A stretch of DNA of 64,000 nt from Lachnospiraceae bacterium GAM79 (GTDB lineage Bacteria; Bacillota_I; Bacilli_A; RFN20; CAG-826), in NCBI GenBank assembly GCA_963619035.1, contig CAVEUC010000018.1, positions 11,988 through 75,987 on the forward strand, in the 5' to 3' direction. Under the pieces are notes generated by a model. It was not told the DNA's origin, searched no databases, and saw only the letters and a program-made list of their open reading frames with translations. The position numbers and the translations under genes were made by a program. The number at the start of each line of letters is the position of its first letter. The first letter of the stretch is position 1. Of this stretch, positions 42,307-53,586 are shown one piece after another.

Positions 42307-44149
42307 AAAAACAAAAATAACTTTAGGAGTTGGAGCATTAGTTGTATTTGCTGGTGTTTTATCTTCTTGCAATTCTTTTTGTAGTAATACTGATATAACT
42401 CATTATTTATATGCTTATGACCCTTTAAACAATATTTATTTTAATACAAAAAACGATGCTATCGATTATATTGAACAAACTTTTAAAGAACAATCAAGTT
42501 ACGATAAAGAAAATAATACCTATGATACAAGCAAGGTTTATTTTAAAAATGATGATACAAAAAATTTAAAAGATAATGAAAGCGATTTTATTAAACAAGT
42601 TGATGGATCATCATTATATTATGTTGTACCAAATAACTATGTTTTAAAAGGATGCTCTACTACTATCGATTCAACAACAGGAAATCGCGGAAATATAGAA
42701 TATATTTTTGGTCTTAATTCTTTTACAAAGTCTTTATATTCTGAAAATTCTTCAACAGGTATTATTTTACCTGCTTTTTCATATGTAGAAGAATTAGATA
42801 AAAAAGTATTAAAAAATATTGTTGAAAATGTTTCTTTATATTCAAATTTTGGATATGAAAGTCATATTGATTTAAATAGTGTTAAAAATATTACTTTATC
42901 TACTGTTACTTTTGAAGATCTTTACGGATATTCGTATAGTGAATTAAAAGCTTATAAAAGTGGTGATGAAACAGTTAAGATTGATGATTTATTAGGTAAT
43001 AATTCCACATCTGAAGGTAGAAAAGATAAAGATGGTAACACAATAAGAGTTGGTGGAAGAAATTATTCTTTAACAACAAATTTAGGTTACTTAAAATTCT
43101 TTAATAAAGATGATGAAGGTAATTATTATTCGAATATTGAAAAACGGAATAATGAATTAGTTAGTACACTTGGTATTGAAAAAACTATGTCTACTAATTA
43201 TTTAAATGCATATAAAACTAAATTAAATCAAAAGGTAAGCGCATTAAAAACTTGTATTACTATTAATCGAGGATTCTATGGTCATACAAGTGATGATCCT
43301 TTAAACGATACAGTTAGTATCGAAGGAAAAGCTGGTGATTTCTGGAGTGATTGGGGAAAAGCATTTAGCCAACATGGATTCTTAGAAGGTCTTCTTGTTT
43401 ATCCAATTTCTTATTTAGTTGATCATTTTGCTCACGCATTCGGTATGAATGGTTGGGGTCAAATTTTATCTGTTCTTCTTGTAACTGTTATTGTTAGATT
43501 ATTATTTATGGCAATTACTTTACCATCGACAATTTCTCAACAAAAACAACAATATTTACAACCTGAATTAACTAAATTGCAACAAAAGTATCCAAATAGT
43601 AATACAAATGATTATGAAAAACAAAGATTAGCACAAGCTCAAATGGCCCTTTATAAAAAATATAAAGTACATCCATTCTTGTCTTTCTTAACAATTTTTA
43701 TTCAATTACCATTATTTATTTGTGTTTGGAATGCTATGCAAGGAAGTGCTGCTTTAAGTAGTGATGCAGTTTTAGGATTAAGATTAAGTGATACGATTTG
43801 GAATGCTCTTTCAAATTTCAGTGGTTGGCCAGGAAATGCTGGTTGGTGGACTGCACTTGTTCTTATTTTATTAATGTCTGCAGGACAAGTTTTATCAATG
43901 TTAATTCCACAATGGTTAAATAAAAAGAGAATGAAATCAATACAAAAAACTGGAGTAAATCCAGCTTTAGATAAACAAACAAAAACTATGAAATATGTCC
44001 AATGGGGTATGATTATATTTACAATTATCCTTGGATTTACACTTCCTAGTGCTATGGGTGTTTACTGGTTAGCAGGATCAATATTTAATATTGTTCAATC
44101 ATTGATAATGCATTTAATATTTTCAAGAAAAAAAGGAGTTAATAAATAG
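42299..44149 (+). CDS. yidC: YidC/Oxa1 membrane protein insertase, with a large N-terminal lipoprotein ectodomain.
   Basis: The signal plus lipobox is VFAGVLSSC. About 330 aa of extracytoplasmic domain are followed by the YidC core (LLVTVIVRLLFMAITLPSTISQQK...MALYKKYKVHPF). Confidence 0.9.
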   Translation: MNKKTKITLGVGALVVFAGVLSSCNSFCSNTDITHYLYAYDPLNNIYFNTKNDAIDYIEQTFKEQSSYDKENNTYDTSKVYFKNDDTKNLKDNESDFIKQVDGSSLYYVVPNNYVLKGCSTTIDSTTGNRGNIEYIFGLNSFTKSLYSENSSTGIILPAFSYVEELDKKVLKNIVENVSLYSNFGYESHIDLNSVKNITLSTVTFEDLYGYSYSELKAYKSGDETVKIDDLLGNNSTSEGRKDKDGNTIRVGGRNYSLTTNLGYLKFFNKDDEGNYYSNIEKRNNELVSTLGIEKTMSTNYLNAYKTKLNQKVSALKTCITINRGFYGHTSDDPLNDTVSIEGKAGDFWSDWGKAFSQHGFLEGLLVYPISYLVDHFAHAFGMNGWGQILSVLLVTVIVRLLFMAITLPSTISQQKQQYLQPELTKLQQKYPNSNTNDYEKQRLAQAQMALYKKYKVHPFLSFLTIFIQLPLFICVWNAMQGSAALSSDAVLGLRLSDTIWNALSNFSGWPGNAGWWTALVLILLMSAGQVLSMLIPQWLNKKRMKSIQKTGVNPALDKQTKTMKYVQWGMIIFTIILGFTLPSAMGVYWLAGSIFNIVQSLIMHLIFSRKKGVNK

Positions 44150-44152
44150 TTT

Positions 44153-44806
44153 ATGAAAGAAATAACTGGAAAAACAATTGATGATTGTTTAGAAAAGGCT
44201 TCTATTGAATTAGGTGTTGAAAAAGATTCAATTACATATGAAGTTGTTGAAGAAAAGAAAGGAATCTTCGGAATCAATAAGAAAGCTACAATAAAAGTAT
44301 ATGAATTTATTGATGTTGTAGATTTTGCTGAAGAATATTTAAAAAATGTTTGCGCTGCTTTAGGTTTAGAAGTCAGCTTAAAATCATTTACTAGAGATGA
44401 TGTAATTAAGATTTTAGTTGAAACAAATAATAATTCAGTTCTTATTGGTAAAAACGGTTCTAAATTACAATCATTAAATGAATTAACAAAATTAGCAGTT
44501 AGTTCAAAATTCAAAAAGAAATTTAGAATTTTATTAGATATCGGTGATTATAAAGATAAGAAATATCATAAAGTTATCGGAGTTGCTAAAAAAGCTGCTA
44601 AAGAAGTTTTAAAAACTCATATCGATGTAAAATTAGATCCAATGACACCAGACGAAAGAAAGAAAGTTCATAACGCTTTAAGTAGTTATAAAAATATCAA
44701 AACAGAATCAATTGGTGATGGAAAAGATAGAGCTATCGTTATTAAATACGTTGCTACTGCTTCTACTTCTTCTGAAGAAAATAAAGAAGAAACAAAAGAA
44801 AACTAA
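44153..44806 (+). CDS. jag: Jag/KhpB (EloR) RNA-binding protein with KH and R3H domains.
   Basis: N-terminal Jag domain, a KH-like segment LIGKNGSKLQSL and a C-terminal R3H-like region, in conserved synteny after yidC. Confidence 0.7.
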   Translation: MKEITGKTIDDCLEKASIELGVEKDSITYEVVEEKKGIFGINKKATIKVYEFIDVVDFAEEYLKNVCAALGLEVSLKSFTRDDVIKILVETNNNSVLIGKNGSKLQSLNELTKLAVSSKFKKKFRILLDIGDYKDKKYHKVIGVAKKAAKEVLKTHIDVKLDPMTPDERKKVHNALSSYKNIKTESIGDGKDRAIVIKYVATASTSSEENKEETKEN

Positions 44807-44814
44807 TTTATATT

Positions 44815-46134
44815 ATGTTTGAAACAATTGTCGCGTTAGCTACGCCACCTATTAAAAGTGCACTTGCAATTGTACGTTTAAGTGGAGACAATTGTTTTTT
44901 TGTAGTTAATAAATTTTTCTCAAAAGATTTATTTAAATATGAAAAAAATACAATTTTACATGGAAGAATTATTGATAACGGCGAAACGGTTGATGATGTT
45001 GTTTTACTTTTGTATAAAGAGCCACATTCATTTACTGGAGAAAATAGCGTTGAAATAATTACTCATGGATCTCCACTTATATTTAATAAGGTTATAGAAT
45101 TAGCTATTAAAAACGGAGCTAGAATGGCTGAAAGAGGTGAATATACTTCTAGAGCTTATTTACATAATAAAATGGATTTAATACAAGCTGAAGCAGTTAA
45201 TGATTTAATAAATGCAGAAAGCGAAGAAAGTAAGAAATTATCTTTAATGTCTTTACAAGGCAAAACTTCTACTTTAATTGAACCAATTAAAAAAGATTTT
45301 ATAGATTTACTTAGTAATATAGAAGTAAATATTGATTATCCTGAATATAAAGATATTGAAATTATTAATAATCAAAAAATATTAGAAATATCAAAGAAAA
45401 ACATAGTTTATATAGATGAATTAATTAAAGATGGTAAAAAAGGAAAGATTATTAAAGATGGAATTAATATTTCTTTAGTTGGTAAACCTAATGTAGGAAA
45501 ATCGTCTATTTTAAACGCTTTAATTGGCGAAGATAAGGCTATTGTTACCGATATTAAAGGCACAACTAGAGATGTTGTTGAAGGAAAATTTATATATAAA
45601 GGTGTTGTAATTAATATTTTTGATACTGCAGGTATTAGGGAATCTAATGATTTAATTGAAAGTATTGGTATTAAAAAATCTATAGAAAAAATAGAAAAAT
45701 CTGATCTTGTTATTATGGTTAAAGATCCTCTTAATATTGATTCTGAAGATGTTGAAATTGAAAATATGATTAAAGATAAAAATCATTTAATTGTTTATAA
45801 TAAAAGTGATTTAATTTCTTCTTATGACGAAGATAAAATGTATATTTCCGCAAAGAATTCTGATATAGAATCTTTAAAAAGCGAAATAATCAATAAGTTT
45901 GGTTTAGAAAATAAAAATTTTGAAAATCCTTCAATTAATAACGCTAGAGAAATTGGAATATTAGAGTCTATAAAACAAGATTTAAATAATTTAATTTTAA
46001 ATATTGATTTACCTGTGGATTTATTGGCTAGTAATATTAGAGAAATTATAAATAAACTTCTTTCTATAACTGGAGAAGATTGTGATTTTGATATTATGAA
46101 AGAGATTTTTTCTAGATTTTGTGTGGGAAAATAG
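44815..46134 (+). CDS. mnmE: tRNA modification GTPase MnmE.
   Basis: G-domain motif GKPNVGKSSILNAL and the C-terminal CVGK tetrapeptide. Confidence 0.95.
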   Translation: MFETIVALATPPIKSALAIVRLSGDNCFFVVNKFFSKDLFKYEKNTILHGRIIDNGETVDDVVLLLYKEPHSFTGENSVEIITHGSPLIFNKVIELAIKNGARMAERGEYTSRAYLHNKMDLIQAEAVNDLINAESEESKKLSLMSLQGKTSTLIEPIKKDFIDLLSNIEVNIDYPEYKDIEIINNQKILEISKKNIVYIDELIKDGKKGKIIKDGINISLVGKPNVGKSSILNALIGEDKAIVTDIKGTTRDVVEGKFIYKGVVINIFDTAGIRESNDLIESIGIKKSIEKIEKSDLVIMVKDPLNIDSEDVEIENMIKDKNHLIVYNKSDLISSYDEDKMYISAKNSDIESLKSEIINKFGLENKNFENPSINNAREIGILESIKQDLNNLILNIDLPVDLLASNIREIINKLLSITGEDCDFDIMKEIFSRFCVGK

Positions 46135-46135
46135 T

Positions 46136-46927
46136 ATGATTTTTGATACTCATATTCATTTAAATGATGATAAGTATGAAAATATAGATACTTTGATCAA
46201 TGACGCTCGTAATAAAGGTGTTACGAAATTTTTGTGTATTGGATTCGATGTTGAAAGTAGTAAAAAAGCTATTGAATTAGCCGAAAAATATGATTGTGTT
46301 TATGCAAGTGTTGGAATAATTCCTACCGAACATAAACAATATAACGAAACTACTTTAAATGAGTTAGAAAAATTAATAAATAAATCAAAAAAAGTAATTT
46401 GTGTTGGTGAAATTGGCTTAGATTATTATTGGGAAAAAGATGATGAAGTTAAAAAAGTTCAAAAAGAAATGTTTATTGAACAAATTAAATTAGCTAATAA
46501 ATATAATTTACCTATTTCAATACATGCTAGAGATGCATTGAGTGATACATTAGAAATCTTAAAGGAATATAAAGTATTGAATAAAGGAATTATGCACTGC
46601 TATTCAGGTTCTTTAGAAATGGCTAAGGAATTTATTGAATTAGGTTTTAAGATTGCTTTTGGTGGTGTTTTAACATTTAAAAACTCTATCAAAACAAAGG
46701 AAGTATTATTAGGTATTGATATCGAGAATGTGGTTTTTGAAACTGATGCACCATATTTATCACCTACTCCTTATAGGGGGAAAATCAATTTACCAGAATA
46801 TATAGTTGAGACAGTAAAGTATGCTGGTAATTTATTAAATATTGAACAAAACAAATTAGAAGAGATAACTTTTAATAATTCATGTAAGATTTTACACGTG
46901 GAAAATTATGAAGACAAAATTAACTAA
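46136..46927 (+). CDS. tatD: TatD-family metal-dependent DNase/hydrolase.
   Basis: MIFDTHIHLNDDKY (HxH) plus later metal-binding His and Asp residues. The start is 1 nt after the mnmE stop. Confidence 0.9.
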   Translation: MIFDTHIHLNDDKYENIDTLINDARNKGVTKFLCIGFDVESSKKAIELAEKYDCVYASVGIIPTEHKQYNETTLNELEKLINKSKKVICVGEIGLDYYWEKDDEVKKVQKEMFIEQIKLANKYNLPISIHARDALSDTLEILKEYKVLNKGIMHCYSGSLEMAKEFIELGFKIAFGGVLTFKNSIKTKEVLLGIDIENVVFETDAPYLSPTPYRGKINLPEYIVETVKYAGNLLNIEQNKLEEITFNNSCKILHVENYEDKIN

Positions 46928-47462
46928 TTATTTAATTGTAGTTGAAGGAAAAACTGATATTGATTTTCTATCTAGTTTTATAGATAGTAATTTTTATAGT
47001 GTTAATGGTTCTGCAGTTAACAAAAAAGACATAGAATTTATTGAAAATAGCTATAAAAACGGATTATCTATTGTGATTTTAACTGATCCAGATTTCCCAG
47101 GAACTAGAATAAGAAATTATATAAACTCATCAGGAATAACTTGTTATAACGCTTATGTTAGAAAAGAGTTTTCTATAAAACATGGAAAAGTTGGAGTTGC
47201 TGAATCTACAAAAAAAGAAGTTTTAGAAGCTTTAAGCAACTTAAAATGTTATGAAAATAATAACAATCAATGTAATAATATTAGTACTAGTAATTTAATG
47301 GCTTTAGGTTTGATAGGGAAAAACGATTCAAATGTTTTAAGAAACAAAGTTGCTGAATACCTGCATATCGGCCATTGTAATTCGAAGCAATTTTTAAAAA
47401 GAATTAATATGTTGAATATAAATTTAAATGATATAAAGGAGGCGATACAAAATGTTAGATAG
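46908..47462 (+). CDS. rnmV: Ribonuclease M5 (Toprim domain).
   Basis: LIVVEGKTDIDFL and ILTDPDFPGTRIR Toprim motifs. Confidence 0.85.
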   Translation: MKTKLTNYLIVVEGKTDIDFLSSFIDSNFYSVNGSAVNKKDIEFIENSYKNGLSIVILTDPDFPGTRIRNYINSSGITCYNAYVRKEFSIKHGKVGVAESTKKEVLEALSNLKCYENNNNQCNNISTSNLMALGLIGKNDSNVLRNKVAEYLHIGHCNSKQFLKRINMLNINLNDIKEAIQNVR

Positions 47463-48276
47463 TAAGGAAATCATAGATTTTTTTAAATTAGAAAACAGTC
47501 ATGCGAAAAAAGAACTTGGACAAAATTTCTTAATTAATAAAAAAGTTTGTGAAAGTATCGTTTCACTATTACCTATAGATAAAGAAAAAGATAAAGTTTT
47601 AGAAATTGGTCCGGGATTAGGTGCATTAAGTGACATCTTGGTTAATAAATCTAATGATTTAACTTTAGTTGAATATGATGCTAAATTTGTTAATTTTTTA
47701 TCTCTTTCTTATGAACAAAAAAATAATGTTAAGATAGTTAAAAATAATATATTAAAGGTAAAAGATGAGGGATTTAATAAGGTTATTGGAAATTTACCTT
47801 ATTATATGACAACAGAAATTCTTCAACATATTACATTTAAATTTGAAAGTTTTGAGTTTGGTGTTTTTATGGTTCAAAAAGAATGTATTAAAAGAATCTT
47901 ATCATTATCAGGAAAAGATTATTCAGCTTTTAATGTATTTTTGAATTATGCTTTTGATATTAAATGTGTATTTGATGTGGGAAAAAATAATTTTTTTCCT
48001 ATACCTGGAGTAGATTCAACTGTATTCACATTAAAGAAAAAAGAAAATATTGATATTATATTTGCTAAGAAAATATTTAAAGTAGCTACTGCATTATTTT
48101 TAAATAGAAGAAAAACAATTCTTAATAATTTAAATTCTTTTATTAAAAATAAAGATGTATCTTTAGAATTATTAAATAAAGTGAATTTGAAAGATACATT
48201 AAGAGCAGAACAATTAACAGTTGAGGATTATATAAAGTTAACTAATATATTAATAGAGAACAACTTAATTAAGTGA
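47452..48276 (+). CDS. rsmA: 16S rRNA (adenine1518/1519-N6) dimethyltransferase.
   Basis: ELGQNFLINKK and the SAM-binding motif LEIGPGLGALS, plus NLPYYMTT. Confidence 0.92.
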   Translation: MLDSKEIIDFFKLENSHAKKELGQNFLINKKVCESIVSLLPIDKEKDKVLEIGPGLGALSDILVNKSNDLTLVEYDAKFVNFLSLSYEQKNNVKIVKNNILKVKDEGFNKVIGNLPYYMTTEILQHITFKFESFEFGVFMVQKECIKRILSLSGKDYSAFNVFLNYAFDIKCVFDVGKNNFFPIPGVDSTVFTLKKKENIDIIFAKKIFKVATALFLNRRKTILNNLNSFIKNKDVSLELLNKVNLKDTLRAEQLTVEDYIKLTNILIENNLIK

Positions 48277-48286
48277 GGAAATTTAT

Positions 48287-49135
48287 ATGATAGAAAAAGC
48301 ATACGCTAAAATTAATTTATATTTGGATGTCTATTCAAAAAGAGATGACAATTATCATAATTTAAAAATGATAATGCTTCCTTTAAAACTACATGATTCG
48401 TTAGAGATTAATGTATTAAATAATGCAGTTGATGATTTTGTCACTTGTGATGATTTTTCTTTAACAATTAACAAGTATAATTTATGTCACACTACTATCG
48501 ATTTAGCTAGAAAAAAGTGGGGTTTTAAAGAACATTTTAGAATTCATATTCATAAAAATATATTTCTTCAAGCTGGTTTAGGGGGTGGAAGCGCTGATGC
48601 TGCTGCTACATTAAGAGGTATTGTTAAATTATTAAAACTAGATGTAAAACAAGAAGAATTGATTGAAATGGCTAGTCAAATCGGGTCTGATGTCCCTTGG
48701 GCTATAGAAAATAAACCATGTATTGTTGAATCTAAAGGAGAAATTCTTAAACCTTTTGAAATTAATAAAAGATACTTTGTATTATTAGTCAAACCAAAAC
48801 AAGGCTTATCTACTCAAGTAGTATTTCATAAATGTGATGAATTAGGTTATGAATATAAAGATAGAATTGACATTGTTAAACAAAATTTAATTGATGGAAA
48901 CTTAGAAGAATTATCAAAAAATATATTTAATGGATTAGAAGATTCAGCAATTGCTTTATTACCTGAAATTAAAGTCATAAAAGATAAACTTAAAGAAGAT
49001 GGTATGGAAGTTGTTCAAATGAGTGGAGCTGGATCAACTGTATTCGCATTAAGTGATGATTTAAAAAAATGTAAAAGATTGTTAGTGAAATATATTAATC
49101 AAGGATATGATGTTGAATTAACAAGTTTATTATAA
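48287..49135 (+). CDS. ispE: 4-diphosphocytidyl-2-C-methyl-D-erythritol kinase (GHMP kinase).
   Basis: AKINLYLDV...DNYHNL, the GHMP motif AGLGGGSADAAA and MSGAGSTVF. Confidence 0.8.
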   Translation: MIEKAYAKINLYLDVYSKRDDNYHNLKMIMLPLKLHDSLEINVLNNAVDDFVTCDDFSLTINKYNLCHTTIDLARKKWGFKEHFRIHIHKNIFLQAGLGGGSADAAATLRGIVKLLKLDVKQEELIEMASQIGSDVPWAIENKPCIVESKGEILKPFEINKRYFVLLVKPKQGLSTQVVFHKCDELGYEYKDRIDIVKQNLIDGNLEELSKNIFNGLEDSAIALLPEIKVIKDKLKEDGMEVVQMSGAGSTVFALSDDLKKCKRLLVKYINQGYDVELTSLL

Positions 49136-49170
49136 AAAGAAAAGAGCTACTAAATTGTAGCTCTTTTTAT
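49135..49170. terminator. Bidirectional terminator between ispE and ppdK.
   Basis: AAAGAGCTAC-taaatt-GTAGCTCTTT, a perfect 10-bp stem flanked by A/T runs. Confidence 0.7.
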
Positions 49171-49185
49171 TATTTCTAAATGTTA

Positions 49186-51855
49186 TTATTTAGATTTTTT
49201 AGCTTCAGCTCTTTTTAAAGTGATTTCAGCTTGAGCAGCAGCTAATCTTGCAATTGGGACTCTGAATGGTGAGCAAGAAACGTAATCTAATCCAACTCTA
49301 TTGAAGAATTCGATTGATTCTGGATCTCCACCATGTTCTCCACAAACACCGCAAAGTAATTCTGGTCTTGTTGCTTTACCATCTTTAACAGCCATGTTAA
49401 TTAATTTGCCGACACCTTTTTGGTCAACGTGTTGGAATGGATCTTCTTCAAAAATTTTCTTTTCATAATATGAACCAAGGAATTTTGAAGCATCATCACG
49501 TGAGAAACCAAATGTCATTTGAGTTAAGTCGTTTGTACCAAAGCTATAGAATTCAGCTTCTTTAGCAATTTCACCACTTAATAAAGCAGCTCTAGGAATT
49601 TCGATCATAGTACCGACATGGTATTTCATGTTGACACCATTTTCTTTAATTACTTTATCAGCTTCTTCTGTAACGATTGATTTAACGTATTTGAATTCTT
49701 TTAAATCAAGTGTTAATGGAATCATAATTTCAGGTTCGATATCTTTACCTGTATCTTTACTAGCTTTAATAGCAGCTTCGATGATAGCTCTTGTTTGCAT
49801 TCTTCCGATTTCTGGATATGTAACATCAAGTCTACATCCTCTGTGTCCCATCATTGGGTTAAATTCGTGTAAGTATTCGATTCTATCTTTAATTTCTTTA
49901 ACGGATTTATTTAATGATTTTGCTAATTCTTCAATCTTATCTTCTTCTTGTGGAAGGAATTCGTGAAGAGGTGGGTCTAATAAACGAACGTTGACATTGA
50001 TGTGTTCTAAGTTCTTCATTGACATGAATAATCCATAGAAGTCATCTCTTTGATATGGAAGTAATTCAGCTAATGCTTCTTCTCTTTGTTCAAGTGTATC
50101 AGCAAGAATCATTCTTCTCATATGGAAGATTCTATCTTTGTTGAAGAACATGTGTTCTGTTCTACATAATCCGATACCTTCTGCACCGAATTCAGCAGCT
50201 TGCATAGCATCTTTTGGAGTATCAGCGTTTGTTCTGATAGATAATCTTCTATATTTATCAGCAAGTTCCATCATACGTCCAAAGTTACCAGCTTTTGTAT
50301 CTGCTGGAACAAGTTTCATACTACCTTCGTAGACTGATCCTGTTGAACCATCTAAAGATAATGTATCACCTTTTCCGTAAACTTTTCCATTGATTGTGAC
50401 TGTTTCTTTTTCTTCGTTGACGATAGCTGCGCTACAACCTGTAATACAGCATTTACCCATACCACGAGCAACAACAGCAGCGTGAGAAGTCATACCACCA
50501 CGCATTGTTAAGATACCTTCACTAGCGTTCATACCTTCGATATCTTCTGGAGATGTTTCAGCTCTGACTAAGATAACTTTTTCGCCTTTTTCGTGTCTTT
50601 CTTCAGCATCTTTTGCATTGAAGCTTAAGTGACCGACACCAGCACCTGGAGATGCAGGGTTACCAACTCCGATTGGAGTGTTTTTCTTTAATTCTTTTGT
50701 ATCAAATGTAGGGTGAAGTAAGCTATCAAGTAATTTTGGTTCAACTCTTAATACAGCTTCATCTTCTGTAATTTTACCTTCATCTAATAAATCTAATGCG
50801 ATTTGTAAAGAAGCAGCAGCTGTTCTTTTACCATTTCTTGTTTGAAGGAAGAATAATTTACCGTTTTCAACAGTATATTCCATATCTTGCATATCTTTAT
50901 AATGTTCTTCCATGTTTTTGATGGTTCTTTCAAATTCAGCATAAACTTCTGGCATTTGATTCTTTAAGTAATCGATGTGGTAAGGAGTTCTAATACCAGC
51001 AACGACGTCTTCACCTTGAGCTTGTGGAAGGTATTCAGCGTAAACAACTTTAGCACCAGTTGATGGGTCTCTTGAGAAAGCAACACCAGTACCTGAATTT
51101 TCGTTTAAGTTACCGAAGACCATTGATTGAACGTTAACAGCTGTTCCCCATTCATAAGGAATAGAGTTCATTTTTCTATAAACGTTAGCTCTTGGGTTAT
51201 CCCATGATCTGAAAACTGCAGTAACAGCTTCGTGTAATTGGACATATGGATCAGTTGGGAATTCTTCTCCGAATGTTGTTTTGTAGTATTCTTTGTATTG
51301 TTTAACTAATACTTTTAATTGTTCAGTTGTGACTTCTGTATCAAGTTTGTAGCCGTTATCTTCTTTGATCTTGTCTAACATAGCATCCATATTTGTTCTT
51401 GGATGTCCTTTAGCAATGTTAGTGAACATTAAGATAAATCTACGATATGAATCGTAAGCGAATCTTTCGTTATTGCTTAATTTTGCTAATGTTTCAACAG
51501 TAGTATCGTTTAAACCAAGGTTAAGGATTGTATCCATCATACCTGGCATAGAAACTCTAGCACCACTACGAACAGAAACAAGAAGAGGCATTTTACCTTC
51601 TTCAACACCACCGAATGATTTTCCTGTTTGTTTTTCAACATCTTTGATACCTTGATCGATTTGATCGATTAAGTAATCTGGCATTTTTTTGCCACTTTCA
51701 TAATAAAGGGTACATGCTTCAGTTGTAACAGTAAAGCCTTGAGGAATATGAACACCAATATGTGTCATTTCAGCAAGTCCAGCACCCTTTCCTCCAAGAA
51801 GCTCTTTTCCTAATCCGTAAGCTTCATTAAAGAGGTAGACATATTTTTTTGACAT
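49186..51855 (-). CDS. ppdK: Pyruvate, phosphate dikinase.
   Basis: An 889-aa protein with an N-terminal ATP-grasp region (LGGKGAGLAEM), the central phospho-His domain (GGMTSHAAVVARGMG) and the C-terminal PEP-utilising TIM barrel. Confidence 0.95.
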   Translation of the reverse strand: MSKKYVYLFNEAYGLGKELLGGKGAGLAEMTHIGVHIPQGFTVTTEACTLYYESGKKMPDYLIDQIDQGIKDVEKQTGKSFGGVEEGKMPLLVSVRSGARVSMPGMMDTILNLGLNDTTVETLAKLSNNERFAYDSYRRFILMFTNIAKGHPRTNMDAMLDKIKEDNGYKLDTEVTTEQLKVLVKQYKEYYKTTFGEEFPTDPYVQLHEAVTAVFRSWDNPRANVYRKMNSIPYEWGTAVNVQSMVFGNLNENSGTGVAFSRDPSTGAKVVYAEYLPQAQGEDVVAGIRTPYHIDYLKNQMPEVYAEFERTIKNMEEHYKDMQDMEYTVENGKLFFLQTRNGKRTAAASLQIALDLLDEGKITEDEAVLRVEPKLLDSLLHPTFDTKELKKNTPIGVGNPASPGAGVGHLSFNAKDAEERHEKGEKVILVRAETSPEDIEGMNASEGILTMRGGMTSHAAVVARGMGKCCITGCSAAIVNEEKETVTINGKVYGKGDTLSLDGSTGSVYEGSMKLVPADTKAGNFGRMMELADKYRRLSIRTNADTPKDAMQAAEFGAEGIGLCRTEHMFFNKDRIFHMRRMILADTLEQREEALAELLPYQRDDFYGLFMSMKNLEHINVNVRLLDPPLHEFLPQEEDKIEELAKSLNKSVKEIKDRIEYLHEFNPMMGHRGCRLDVTYPEIGRMQTRAIIEAAIKASKDTGKDIEPEIMIPLTLDLKEFKYVKSIVTEEADKVIKENGVNMKYHVGTMIEIPRAALLSGEIAKEAEFYSFGTNDLTQMTFGFSRDDASKFLGSYYEKKIFEEDPFQHVDQKGVGKLINMAVKDGKATRPELLCGVCGEHGGDPESIEFFNRVGLDYVSCSPFRVPIARLAAAQAEITLKRAEAKKSK

Positions 51856-52008
51856 CTTTTTTCCTCCAAATTTAATTAGTAGTCAAAATAACCACGATGG
51901 TATTATAACATTTTATATCTATGATATAAACAATTAATAAATTATTTTTCTGTTACTAATTTTATTATGAATTGTTAAAATATTTTATATAAGGAATTAA
52001 TTTTAATT

Positions 52009-53586
52009 ATGGAAAAAGAAGATAAATATGTTTTAGCTATAGATTTTGGAACACAATCTGTTAGAGTTTCTATAATTGATAATAAGGGAAATTTTATTGC
52101 TTTTGAACAAGAAAAATATATTGAACCTTATTTTTCAGTTAAGCCAGGATATTGCGAACAAAATCCAGATTTTTATTATGAGTGTATGTGTAAAGCATCA
52201 AAAAGATTAGCCGAGAAAAATAAGGATGTATTATCTAAATGTAATTATTTTTCATTAACATGTTTTAGAGACACTGCAGCTTATCTTGATGAAAATTATA
52301 AAGTTGTAAGACCTTCTATTATTTGGCTTGATCAAAGACAAGCAAAATTAGAAGAAAAAATACCTGCTCTTTATACCGCATTATTTAATGTAATTGGTAT
52401 GGGAAATACCATAGTTTTTAATAGAAAACGTACCCCAGCTTTATGGATTAAAGAGAACGAAAAAGAGAATTGGAATAAGATAAAACATTACGTTCCTTTA
52501 TCTTCTTATTTTATTTATAGAATGACTGGAGTTTGTGGTGATGGTGCATCAAATATGATTGGACACTATCCTATCAATTTCAAAAAGAAAGAATGGTATA
52601 AATCAGTAAAAGGATTAAAAGCTTGTATTTTTGGAATACCAATTGAGTATTTACCTACTATTTATGAAACTGGAAGTGTAATTGGAAAAATTACAAATAT
52701 AGGTCATTATGAAACTGGTCTTCCTGAAGGTTTAAATTTTGTTACAACTGGAAATGATAAAAGTTGCGAGGCTTTAGGTTGTGGAGCGATTGATTCTTCT
52801 TTTGCTCATATTAGTTATGGTACTGCTAGTTCCATTGCAGTTGTAAAAGATAAATATTTTGAACCTGAACGCTTCTTACCTTCTTATGCTTGCTGCTATA
52901 AAGGTGCATATACAGGAGAAGTTCAAGTTTATAGAGGTTATTGGATGTTAGGTTGGTTTAGTAAACAATTTGCTAACAAGGAAATGATGGAAGCAGAGAT
53001 TGAAAATATCGCCCCAGAAGAAATTTTAAACAAAAAACTAGCTGAAATCCCACCTGGAAGTGATGGTTTGATAGTTCAACCTTATTGGGGGCCTTCTTTA
53101 AGCAGACCTTTATCTAAGGGCTCAATAATTGGATTTTTTGATGTACATACTAAATATCATTTATATAGAGCAATAATTGAAGGTATAGCTTATGCATTAA
53201 AAGAAGGTTTAATTGGAATTGCTAAGAAAACAAAAAGAAAAATTAAATATTTAACTATTAGTGGTGGCGGCAGTAGGAGTGATGCAATATGTCAAATTAC
53301 TGCTGATATTTTTGGTATTCCTGTAATAAAGACTTCTACATATGAAACAAGTTCTTTAGGATGTGCAATGGCTACTTTTGTTGCTATAAATGAATTTAAA
53401 GATGTTGTTGAAGCTAAAGAGGCAATGGTTCATATTAGTAAAATATTCAAACCTAATAAAGAAGCATATGAAAAATATGATTATTTATTTAACAAAGTTT
53501 ATTTAAATTTATATCCTAATTTAAAATCGTCTTATAAACATTTATCAAATTATTTACAAATAAATAATGAAGGTCAAATAAAGTAA
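52009..53586 (+). CDS. FGGY-family carbohydrate kinase (pentulose or glycerol kinase-like).
   Basis: An N-terminal motif LAIDFGTQSVRVSI and a second actin-fold signature ISGGGSRSD. Confidence 0.7.
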   Translation: MEKEDKYVLAIDFGTQSVRVSIIDNKGNFIAFEQEKYIEPYFSVKPGYCEQNPDFYYECMCKASKRLAEKNKDVLSKCNYFSLTCFRDTAAYLDENYKVVRPSIIWLDQRQAKLEEKIPALYTALFNVIGMGNTIVFNRKRTPALWIKENEKENWNKIKHYVPLSSYFIYRMTGVCGDGASNMIGHYPINFKKKEWYKSVKGLKACIFGIPIEYLPTIYETGSVIGKITNIGHYETGLPEGLNFVTTGNDKSCEALGCGAIDSSFAHISYGTASSIAVVKDKYFEPERFLPSYACCYKGAYTGEVQVYRGYWMLGWFSKQFANKEMMEAEIENIAPEEILNKKLAEIPPGSDGLIVQPYWGPSLSRPLSKGSIIGFFDVHTKYHLYRAIIEGIAYALKEGLIGIAKKTKRKIKYLTISGGGSRSDAICQITADIFGIPVIKTSTYETSSLGCAMATFVAINEFKDVVEAKEAMVHISKIFKPNKEAYEKYDYLFNKVYLNLYPNLKSSYKHLSNYLQINNEGQIK